64,000 nt of DNA from Tubulanus polymorphus (lineage: Eukaryota > Animalia > Nemertea): contig NC_134028.1 of assembly GCF_964204645.1 (NCBI RefSeq), forward strand, positions 12,633,263-12,697,262, read 5' to 3'. The position numbers and the translations under genes are program-made. Positions 26,030 through 37,452 of this stretch are shown in pieces; position 1 is the first letter of the stretch, and every line of letters begins with the position of its first letter. The notes under the pieces are model-generated. The model was not told the DNA's origin. It saw nothing but the letters and a program-made list of their open reading frames with translations, and searched no databases.

Positions 26030-27600
26030 AAAACTGATCGGGTCCTCTCACACCATGTAAAAGGCAAATCGCGATTTTTCTAGCAGTATTTGTTTTTTTT
26101 CTTAGACTTTATGATTATGAACAATATATAACTAATTGAAACTAAAGATATGATTAGTGACAATTAATTGCTTCCATAGAAAACTGATCGCGTACTCTCA
26201 CGCCATATGGCGGCAGAACACTTTGGGGCCTGACACGCCATGTAGAGACAGCGTGGTTTTAGGAGCTTTTTGTAACAGTACTTGCTTTTTTTTCTAAGAC
26301 TAAATAATTGACAAATCATATAGAAGGATTAATCTTTGAACATTTAAGACAATTAGTGACAATTATTCATTTGTTTGTATGGAAAATCGTTCGGGTCTTC
26401 TCACGCCATGTCTCAATTGAATCTATTCTGCAGACCGTTTGGGGCCTGACACGCCATATTGGCTGCAGAACATTTGGGGCCTGACACGCCATGTAGAAGA
26501 CAGCGTGATTCGAGGAGCTTTTTGAAACAATATTTGCCTTTTTTCTAAGTCTAAATGATTGACAAACTGATAAATCTTTGAATATTTATGATAATTAGTG
26601 ACAATTATTCATTTGTTTGTAGGAAAACTGATCGGGTCCTCTCACGCCATGTCTTTATTGAAGTTATTCTGCAGACCGTTTGGGGCCTGACACGCCATAT
26701 TGACTGCAGACTGTTTGGGGCTTGACACGCCATGTAGAAGACAGCGTGATTTTAAGAGCTTTTTGAAACAATGTTTGCCTTTTTTCTAAGTCTAAATGAT
26801 TAACAAACCATGTAGAATGATAAATCTTTGAATATTTATGATAATTAGTGACAATTATTCATTTGTTTGTTCGGAAAATCGATCGGGTCCTCTCACGCCA
26901 TGTCTCAATTGAAGTTATTCTGCAGACCGTTTGGGGCTTGACACGCCATGTAGAAGACAGCGTGATTTTAAGAGCTTTTTGAAACAATATTTGCCTTTTT
27001 TCTAAGTCTAAATATTGACAAACCATGTAGAATGATAAATCTTTGAATATTTATGATAATTAGTGACAATTATTCATTTGTTTGTAGGAAAACTGATCGG
27101 GTCCTCTCACGCCATGTTTCAATTGAAGCTATTCTGCAGACCATTTGGGGCCTGACACGCCATATTGGCTGCAGAACATTCGGGGCTTGACACGCCATAG
27201 AAGACAAATCGCGGTTTTTCTAGCAGTATTTGTTTTGTTTTCTAACACTTTGTGATTATCAAATCATGGACAATATATAAACTAATTGACACTAAAGAAA
27301 TGATTAGTGACAATTAATTGCTTCCATAGAAAACCGATCGGGTCCTCTCACGCTATATTGGCTGCAGAACATTTGGGGCCTGACACGCCATGTAGAAGAC
27401 AGCGTGATTTTAGGAGCTTTTTGTTTTTTTCTAAGACTAAATGATTGACAAACCATATAGAATGATTAATCTTTGAACATTTATGTTAGTTAGTGACAAT
27501 TATTCATTTATTTCGGGTCCTCTCAAGCCATGTCTCAATTGAAGCTATTCTGCAGACCGTTTGGGGCCTGACACGCCATGTAGAAGGCTTAGCGATTTTA
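26030..27600. repeat. Degenerate ~240-bp tandem repeat rich in GGGGCCTGACACGCCAT motifs
   Basis: Recurrent GATCGGGTCCTCTCACGCCATGT...GGGGCCTGACACGCCATGTAGAAGACAGCGTG blocks. Confidence 0.85.
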
Positions 27601-29804
27601 GGAGCCATATGACTGCAGATCACACTAGATTTGAGCCTGGCTCACCATATATGTTTTTCTAACATTATCCATGTTCTTCTAAGACTAATTGATCAACAAA
27701 TCATGTGAAATAGATGAATGATTCATAAGATAGTTAATAAAAAGTTAATGTAAGATAGTTAATTAAAATCTTTATTCTGTAAAACTCATTCAGTAGATAT
27801 ATATGTAATGTTTTTGTATTTTTCATATGCTGGCGAAATATATGATTGTTTAAATTGTGTTTCAAAATGTGTGTACACTGCATTAGATTAACAAACAACG
27901 ATCAATTTCTATTCTGTAAAACTCATTTTAGTGTAAATGCGATGTAATATGTAGTTCTTATTATGTATATATAATACGTTGTAAATCATCTAAGACAAAT
28001 TAATATCCAACCGAATATTTCAACTTCGGAAGAAAAACCCGCGAGACGTAGTCGACGTTTCATCTCCTGCATAGGATTTGATTTTCATTTTACGTTTACC
28101 ACATGGCGTGTCAGGCCCCAATATGGCGTGACAAGCCTCGGGGCTTGTGACGCCATATGCAGCAGGTCTTAAGATTGCCCTAGATGCAAATTTGCGTATA
28201 TTGGAAGTTGTATGGTGGCTCCGCGGCTCGGGACAACCCTTTCTCGCCATGTTCGTCTTTTTCCGGCTCATGCATATGCTAATGAGCGTTTTTAGTCATG
28301 TGATCTGGGCGAGTTTATTTTTTGCGGGTTGGTTAGGTTATGCAAACACGTGTGGCTAGCTACCATTTTGCCGCCAACTCTGAGTCTGAAGAACTCCCGA
28401 ACTCTCGTAAAATGCCGTTTTTTTTAGTCGGGATTGGCAAGAAATCACTTTTGTACGTCTTAGACTGAAGCGTAAGCGTGAGTACAATTACCACGTAGTG
28501 TTATTTAAGATGATGCGCTTTTTGTAAAGAAATTGGTAACGCTTTGAAAAACCGCACATATCTTCGATCCCGTAGCATGGATGGATGATGGAGAGAACCA
28601 ACGGCACCGCGCTCTCCTCGTGTGCGCGGCGCGGGGGGAGGTACACAACGCCTAATGTTGCTCTCTGTCGGAAATGCTCAATAAGGTAAGTCATGGACAG
28701 TAACCCTTCATTCAGCTAGTTCGAAATGAATTAAAGACCTAATGCGCAGTTGCTTTTTTTAGTTGAACTGAATTTTTGGGAAGAGAGTTCATGGTCCGTC
28801 CCGCAGTTTTCATCAATCATGGCTGAATATGTAGGTAGTTGGAAAGGAAAGTAGGACATGGACATGGAGTGGAGGTAGGCCTAGATCAAACTTTTTATTT
28901 ACACAATAACTAGTCCACATATAAGTCGTACTTGTTGGACCCAATCAAATTTATTGAACTTACCCGATGTACGGCTTATAGATAAGTTGAATATTTTCGA
29001 TTTTTATGAAATTTACTTTGGTTAAAAACCGGACCAATGGCAATGCATACTGAAAAAGCAATTTGTGCGAGTTTCACTGAATACCATTCACTGTCCTACC
29101 GGTTTTCAAACTAATCCTATTGGATTGTTCATGTAACATTTTCATTTCAGAGTGTGTTCAAGGAGCTTTGCAAGATTACCCAACATTATTGAATGGTTTT
29201 TGGTCTGTCAGATAATTCAAATGCGCATGACATTGAACGTGGTCAAGAAATTGCTGCAAATCGAAGGATCTATACTTCTTGGTTTATTCGGTGTACGCGA
29301 CAAATCATCCACTCGGTAGATTTAAACCAGGATACAGAATATGACGAAGCAAATTTGTGGTCTCAACGAATGCAGTTAATCATCCTAAGTCTAATCGGTA
29401 ATTTATAGCCTGCTTGGCTGAATGCAATTCCGGCTTATTCTGTTTTACCGGGAGTTAATGGGGTCAATTTTGAGGTCTAAATCCTGAGTTCTGTACAGAT
29501 GGTTCCGTTTGCATTTTTATTGAAATTTCTGTAGTACACCTTCGGTAGGGTTCTGTCAAACAGGTTTTTGATCAATGGATGTGTTTCATCAGTTTAGTAA
29601 AAAGGGAAAAAGGTTTATCTTCGAGACGTGTAGACATTTTCAGCCACAATACAAACAATAATAACATAATATAATATTTAATTAACGTTGAACTGTATTG
29701 ACAGATTACAGACAAGATAACATAGATACATAGAGGTTTGCACTATTTACAATTACATTATTTTTTCATGAACATTAAGCATTACAGTGTACGCAATTGC
29801 ACTT

Positions 29805-30480
29805 AGGCCACACCAAAAGAAAACCCTGTTTCTCGGGCCCGACCGACCCGATATTTCCCCATTTCAAATAATCATTTTCAGAATAAAATATAATCGCCTA
29901 CCGACCCTTTTTCAAAATTTTAGGTCAAATAACTCTTTTCAAAAATATATATGTGGCCGACCGAACTCCTTTCTCGTAAATATTTTTTTACCAAATAATT
30001 ATGTCGGCACAGATCAGCATCATAAAAACATTTTATTATATCGGATTTAAAATTTGATTCTGGAAATGGCGCAGCCATGCTCAGACAATAGTAGATAAAA
30101 ACCGACAATAAAAAGAAAAACTATCAACTTAATTCTATGAGCCATTTTCAAAAACTGATTTAGTTTTTGAAAATTGCTCATAGAATTGAGTTGAAACGTT
30201 AAGCTACCAGATAGTTTTTCTTTTTATTGTGGGTTTTTATCTACTATTGATATTGGACAGCCACTTGTCTATGGAAACCAAAATGCTCAGACAACTTTGA
30301 TGGCGACTTTGGATTATCCTTTTATTATTGTGGTCTACTAGCTGTTAATCATATTCCTGACTAAAAATTTAGTCCAGTAAAAATTATTTACGGCAACCTA
30401 CCCACTGATAGAAGAATGAATGATATTTTTTTTCTATAAAAAGTAAAAAAAATGTCCTGCCTACCTACCCATTTTGGTGA
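29805..30480 (+). mobile_element. Harbinger-like MITE fragment; an inverted partial copy lies at 31930-32150
   Basis: TTA-GGCCACACCAAAAGAAAACCCTGTTTCTCGGGCCCGACCGACC start; shared internal segment in the opposite orientation. Confidence 0.6.
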
Positions 30481-31135
30481 TTGCCCTGCCCAAGGAAATT
30501 TCACTTAAAAACAAATGTGTAAACATGGCTAATTATGGCGAACAACAATTGTCGCCACTTGGCCGTATCGAATATTTACGGGTCAGATAAAAACAAGAGC
30601 CCCAAGGGGCACTCGGACTAGTCAATACCTAATAATTAACACAATAGCATATCAAGGTCATCCATCCGATTTGAGAAAAAGCTTTTTTCTATATTCTTTC
30701 TATTTTCTATATTTCTTTCTTCTATATTGAAATAAAATTTTAGATCTTAAAATAAAACCCGGAAGTAAAACAGTTGAAATTACCGCGGGTTCACGTGAAC
30801 ACCTGCTGATCTCTGCGGCGAAGCCAATCATAGAGGAGTCTTTGCTTTCTGATTGGCTTTTTAAAACAGATATTATTGCGATCAGATTTTCGTGAAAAAG
30901 CTCATAAATTTTAACGAGGCCCTTTTTCAAAATTCAGCTACGTAGAGTTTGGAGAATGGGTAATGCTTTAATGAGTGATTTGTATGAATATATGCTCAGT
31001 TGCACAGTCAAAGAGCCTTCGTTCTGGAAACAATGTCATTTAAATTCGATACTTAGAAATAAACCAGTTTAGATGATATATACATGTACATCAAATGATT
31101 GAAGTAAATGAATTTCTAAGATATGATTGGATAAT

Positions 31136-32271
31136 TTACGGTTCCAAAAAGTACATTGATTTGCATAGAATATCTTCACATCTTTTGCATTTGAAATTTT
31201 CTGAATCATGATTGGTTAAACAAGAAACATGGAACCAACGATCACACATACTACAAGCTACCCATTCAACCAGCTGATCATCTCCACAATCATCCTTCTC
31301 TCCACACACTGCACAAACCTCATTCTCGCTCTCATCTCCCTCACTAGATATATTTCCATCTTTCTCACTGTCATGTTCCGCACCCTGATTCTCTCTCTCA
31401 TTTTCTCTCTCATCCTCACTCTCATCACTATCATTCAGATTTATTACAATATGATTAGTTTCAAAATTTTTTACTAGATTGTCTGATAATTTGTCCTTAA
31501 TCCATAATTCGTTTTCGATTTTCTTCACATGATCCTCGTAGTTTCTCCAATTTTCCGCCGTGACTTGTTCTCTCCCTTCAATGATTAGCTTTTCCACATC
31601 CTTCAGTTTATTTGTTGTGTTTCTTTTCTTTGCATATGCTTTCATCTGGTGCCAAACCATTTCAATTGGGTTGAGCTCGCAATGTTTGACTGGTAATATC
31701 AGTAGCTCGTCTCCAGAATCGAGAATCAGCTGCTCTGATTTGTAAAGTTTATTTGGTGACTGAGTTTGACATAGTTTAACAAGTTGTTGTTTGTTTAGAT
31801 TTTGGTCGTATGTCACTTTTTTCTTTTCCAACCATCTCTGAAAAAGAAAATTTAATGTTATTAGCATCATAAGCATACCAAATAGATACTTCATTCCTTG
31901 AACCTGTATGGCACTGTAATAAATGAATGATCCCAAAATGGGTAGGTAGGTAGGACATTTATTTTCTGTATAGAAAAAAAATATCGGTTATTCTTCTATC
32001 AGTGGGTAGGTCGCCGTAAATAGTTTTTACTGGACTAAATTTTTAGTCAGGAATATGATAATTATATTTTATTCTGAAAATGATTATTTGAAATGACGAA
32101 ATATCAGGTCGGTCGGGCCCGAGAAACAGGGTTTTCTTTTGGTGTGGCCTAATGCAATGGTTTTCTGAGATGTTTTCTGAGACATGGGGTTTTCCCTTGG
32201 TTTAAATCTTATATGATGGAATTTATTATTTTGAAACCAGTTTTGAAAAAGTGATTTCATAAATTCTGATG

Positions 32272-32321
<50 letters not shown>

Positions 32322-35300
32322 ATATGTCTTTAAATTTTTCAAAACTGGCCATCTACTTTTTTTAATACCTTGATCTCTTCTTTACTCTGTGAGCTTTTTG
32401 GAGCCTGACTTTCCTTTACTAAGCAGAGATGATATGACGCTTGGTCCATGACTATAAGGGAAGGTTCCTCTAATGCTGGAATCAATTGGTCCTCGAGCCA
32501 TGTTTCGAATATGTCTCCTGAAAAGCACATAGAATATGATTAGTTTCGAAATTGATGATTGATGTAGGCTGTAGGCGATCAGCATTTTTCATACGACTAT
32601 TAGAGAGTGATATTTTTGATGGGTATACTTTTTTGAGATATCAGTTGTCACACAATCAGAGCAATTTATGCTATGGAGGGGCTGGCTGCTCAAAGGTTGT
32701 TTTAAATCAACTTTTGAGCAACCGGCCCCTGGGCCTAGTTTCACAAAAGTTTCACAGTTTGAGTTTAACTCAAACTTCATGTTTTCAACGAGGACAATAA
32801 TTCAAACTTAACCAATAGGACCCTTGCCAGATATTTACCACCAAAACTGACTGAGCTAGGCAATCTGATATGCTCTGAAGCCAAGTTGAAATAGACATTA
32901 ATATGGATATTGAAAACAAAGACTTAATAATATTTACCATCCATTTGGTGATGATAATCTCCAGAACCATTTTTTGCTTCAAAAACCAGGTTTGCACCTG
33001 GCACAAAGCCATTTCGACTTCCTGCATCTAAAATGATTAGGCGTGCACCTTTACCATTTTGCTCTACTCGTCCGCAATCCTTACATGGTGGATGGGAAAA
33101 GTTTGTCATTCCTTTTTCCCAATTTTCTGTCCATTCGCCTGTTGAAGATAATAGTGATTCCAGGTTTAAAAACAGGTAACATACAATGTACTTTGTCTTA
33201 GCAGAGATAAGATGCATGTGAAAAATATGGGGAAAAAATTTCTGAAAACTTAATTTTTGTATGAAAATTTTTTTTCGAACATTTTTGCCTGGTAATTTCT
33301 TTATACAGTCAACCCCGATATACCGCCCTCCCATTTACCGCCATCCCCGCCTTCTGCCAGGTTTTCTCAATGTAATATCTCAATACCAATACATAGTAAT
33401 ACACCCCCGATACACCCCCTATATTCTCTATACCGTCAATATTGTTCTGCATCGATGTGGGCAGTATATCGTGGGGGTTGACTGTAGTTTTACTTGTAGG
33501 CTGTATATGTTCTTCTATCTGTGGGCTCTAATGCTAAGTTATTCTACTATTCAACACCCCCATATGGTGACCATATAGTTTAACTAAGGCTAAAAAAAAT
33601 TGATACCTTGTTTCTCCGCTCTGCTGAGCTTAAATGTTGACCCGGCCGGCCGCCTATCTACTTTATACATTACTTTTTTAAAAATCGTGATCAATTTTAC
33701 CATTACAGACCCGGCCGCTATAGAAATGAACTGTTTACAAAATTTATTACATATTACAAAAATGACCCAGCCGCTGCGGAGAAACAAGGTATCATTTTTG
33801 TTTAGCTTAATGTCCTTAAAACTCACCAAAATCATGGAAGATGTCATGAGCTACAACTTTGTAATTGATTGTGGTAACAAAATATGCATAGGTACAAATG
33901 TAATATAGAAATAATAAGTTATTGTATTATTCAACGCCCCCTGGTGGCCACATGCAAAAACCAATGACCTTGAAACTCACCTAAATCATAGAACACGTTA
34001 TGGGCTACAACTTTCCAATTGAATATAGTAACACAATAATGCTTAGTTATCAATTTAATGTGGAAAAACTTTTTCCTACCTACGAATGAGTACTGATGAC
34101 ACCAAGATGGCCGCCAATTGGCTGATCAAAAATACCTGTCTCAGGTATAAAACATCCCTTTCCAAAGAATATCAATCAGCAATTGCAATGAGAAATGGCA
34201 AACCAGTAGGAAGCTACAGGACTCGGAATTCGGGCCAAAATTAACATTTTTGGGCACTTAAAAGGTCCTAGGACGGCCATCTTGAGTAAGGTTGACCCAA
34301 TTTTTGTTATACTGATGGGCCCTTGGTAGATTCAAATACAAACGAATGATCAAGGTAATTGATCAAAGCGTCTTCAAAATTTCCCTCCAACACTTTAAAA
34401 ATGTGTAAAAAGTGCTAATTTTGGCGAACATCAATGGCTGCCAGTCGGCCATCTTGATTGTGACAGGGCTAGTTTTTGGGCTGAAGATGTGTCTAGGGTA
34501 GATACATGTATAAACCAAATATCAAGACATTACCTTGAAGCGTCTTCAAAACTTCCCAAAATAACTGGATTCCGTCTACGGACGGACGAAAAGTGAACGC
34601 AATAGCCCGCTGGGACTAAGGCTAAACAAAAATGATACCTTGTTTCTCCGCAGCGGCTGGGTCATTTTTTTTTAAATATGATGAAATTTATAAACAGTTC
34701 ATTTCTATAGCGGCCGGGTCTGTTATGGTAAAATTGATCACGATTTTAAAAAAAGTGATGTATAGGGTAGATAGGTTGCCGGCCGGGTCAACATTTAAGC
34801 TCAGCAGAGCGGAGAAACAAGGTATCAATTTTTTTTAGCCTAAAGTCCCAAGTGGGCTAAAAATATGGCATTGTGAAAATGTGGGAACCCTTAATCCCTA
34901 ACTTAGGCTTAGTGTTTTAAAGTTTCACCTTGCATTGTATCTCTTGAATTTATCCTCGTTTCATCCAAATATACGATCTGTTTGTTCTCCTGTCTAGCTT
35001 TTTTTATTTTCCGTAGATAGTTTCTTCTTTGGCGTACAATGTCGGGTCTTTCATGACTAAAGCTGAAAGAAGATACAATGATTTTAGATATTGATCAATT
35101 TGACACATCAATCTTAGGGCATACTGGAAGGGAACAGGGATAATCATTATACAAAGGCCTATGAAACATCAGATAATTAATCAAAATTATCGGATATAAA
35201 ACTGTTTTGCCTACCGTTTTCCACTTTTCTTCAGCCACCTGAACCCAATTCTCCTTATCCATTTCCATATTGAAACTCTTTTCAAGTCAACTGATATTTT

Positions 35301-37070
35301 GTTTTTGATTCTCGCATATATTCTATAGAGATAAATACATAAATATGGAGATCAAATATTTCAAATCTGCTGTACCAAGATGGATGGTAAATTTATAGTT
35401 ACATTTTTGTTGTTAGGCTAAAAAAAATGATACCTTGTTTCTCCGCAGCGGCTGGGTCATTTTTGTAAAATATGATGAAATTTATAAACAGTTCATTTCT
35501 ATAGCGGCCGGGTCTGTTATGGTAAAATTGATCACGATTTTAAAAAAAGTAATGTATAGGGTAGATAGGTGGCCGGCCGGGTCAACAAGCTCAGCAGAGC
35601 GGAGAAACAAGGTATCAATTTTTTTAGCCTTAATATCCATATTTGCACATCCCTCTCAGAAGGGATTCGAAAATGATGGCATCAAGACTGCTGCAGTATG
35701 AAATCCAGCTTGACTAGCCCTAGTGCACAGCTTTGCTGAAAACTTGCTTACCAATTATCAGATAACCTGATCACTTAGGGATCATTCATTTATTACGTAC
35801 GCATGAAATTTGAATTTTTCAACCCCCCTCCCCTCTGTACGCAAAATCGGCCATTTTTTTCATATACACTAAGCATCACAGAACGCAATCGCACTGACCC
35901 CTCCCCGAATGCATACGTAATAAATGAATGACCCCTTAGGCAAATTTTGCGGATAATTATAGTTGAGATAACTTGGACAATGGACATTGATAAGCTAATG
36001 ATGAGCAATGCTTATGTATCCGGGCTACTCTGGCTGGATTTTTGGCTGTGGCGATCTCTTGAAGCAATCATGTTGGAATCATTGTCAGGGAGGATGTGTT
36101 TTGTCTGGCAGTTGTTGATTCTTACCCATCTATTGTAATGTATTTCTTATCTCTGGTCATATCATGAATTTCTCTTCGGATTATATCTTGATCAAATTGG
36201 TCTAGTTCTATAGATGGACGTCCGGTTTTACTAGGTTCAGTTACTGAAGACTTTTTTTCTGAAAATCCATTGAAAATTGAGTTCAAGTTCATTTATCGAA
36301 CCAGCAGGGTTTGCAAAAAAGAGTAAGGCTAAAAAAAATTGATACCTTGTTTCTCCACTCTGCTGAGCTTAAATGTTGACCCGGCCGGCCGCCTATCTAC
36401 CCTATACATTACTTTTTTTTAAATCGTGATCAATTTTACCATAACAGACCCGGCCGCTATAGAAATGAACTGTTTACAAAATTTATCATATTTTATAAAA
36501 ATGACCCGGCCGCTGCGGAGAAACAAGGTATCATTTTTGTTTAGCCTAACTAAAAAGTTTGTAGGCCTATTGTATGATTTTCTATAGGCCTGAATGTAGA
36601 AAACCGGTCTTTAATAATATGTTTTGAAACATGTCTTTTTAATCAAGATTTTTTTTGTAATAGGCCTATGAAAAATAATTACCTTTGTATTTTTGAAGTG
36701 TATATAGTTTATTACTTAAAATGAAATTTATAACAGGCTTTCTCTAGGCCTAAATAATTATATGAAAAATAAAGTGTTTTTAATTGATATGATTGCCATC
36801 AGTTCTCTTCAAATCAATGTTTTTGTTTTTGTGTAGTGAGAGATCCTTCAGCTCGTGGCTAATTATAATAGTAAATAAACAACGCATGACTTCCTTCTAT
36901 GACATACCGTAATTCCTCTTAATCGAATCTGTGGATACTTTTTTCTTGAGAGCGGCCCGAATTTTTTCGTAGGTGTTGTTGTTTGGGATATTTCGGCCTG
37001 TCCTCTCTTCTCGACGTAGGTGTGATGTGAATAGATTTATGATTTCCCATTGTGGTTTTGAAAAGCTCAT
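31136..37070 (-). CDS. Sailor-type DD83E transposase with C-terminal acidic tract and PHD finger, 7 exons, 529 aa
   Basis: Exons 37070-36908, 36258-36126, 35322-35215, 35062-34929, 33138-32938, 32517-32369 and 31837-31136 (1590 nt) all join in phase across GT-AG introns; motifs LDQFD..IIRREIH, IGFRW, IVYLDET, GKGARLII..AGS..GF, GDYH, IVMDQASYH, HCELNPIEMVW; PHD CAVC...CSMC..WFHVSC...CKRC. Confidence 0.88.
33306..33484. mobile_element. pogo/Tigger-like MITE
   Basis: TA-CAGTCAACCCCGATATA...TATATCGTGGGGTTGACTG-TA. Confidence 0.75.
33588..33807. mobile_element. PIF/Harbinger-like MITE, copy 1 of 4
   Basis: TIR GGCTAAAAAAAAATTGATACCTTGTTTCTCCGC; TAA TSD. Confidence 0.85.
33810..34864 (+). mobile_element. 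Helentron/HINE-like non-autonomous repeat (3' part)
   Basis: GGAC microsatellite, then terminal hairpin TAGCCCGCTGGGAC-TAAA-GTCCCAAGTGGGCTA followed by an A-run; the hairpin loop is split by MITE copy 2. Confidence 0.5.
34620..34840. mobile_element. PIF/Harbinger-like MITE, copy 2
   Basis: Same TIRs, opposite orientation; TAA TSD. Confidence 0.85.
35416..35629. mobile_element. PIF/Harbinger-like MITE, copy 3
   Basis: Same family; TTA TSD. Confidence 0.85.
35778..35935. mobile_element. PIF/Harbinger-like MITE, second family
   Basis: TTA-GGGATCATTCATTTATTACGTA...TACGTAATAAATGAATGACCCC-TTA. Confidence 0.8.
36327..36546. mobile_element. PIF/Harbinger-like MITE, copy 4
   Basis: Same family as copies 1-3; TAA TSD. 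Confidence 0.85.
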
Positions 37071-37226
37071 TGTGTTGCGCGTTCGTTTGTACGTGTTTAC
37101 TATTAAGCGATTAACCTGAATGCATATGCATAAGCGCACTATTGCAACACTGTGATTCGTTGAGCATTAATTAAATTCAAAAGCTACCACCCCTACGCAG
37201 AAATTCCGCATCATAGCGCATGCGCA

Positions 37227-37452
37227 CATGAGCCGGAAAAAGACGAACATGGCGGTTGTTTTCGCCGATTTAAGATGCGATTTCCTACACTTCTTACCAA
37301 TCCTTCTAAGCGGTGATAAACGGATAAAATATCGGATATTCATATGTCGTCCGCGACTTTTGTGGTCACGATAAGACCTAAATGAGGTATGTCCTACAAA
37401 TACTAAGCAAGATATCGCGAAAAACAGGTCTCATACATTAATAAATAGACTT
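37227..37452. repeat. Right TIR of the Sailor element
   Basis: Reverse complement of the joined left-TIR pieces. Confidence 0.9.

Noticed and set aside
28488-29408. Possible second gene inside the Sailor element
   Set aside because: Exon-like stretches exist but I could not build a consistent frame or find a motif
33590-35701. Similar short ORFs (…FISIAAGSVMVKLITI…)
   Set aside because: Incidental frames of the repeated MITE
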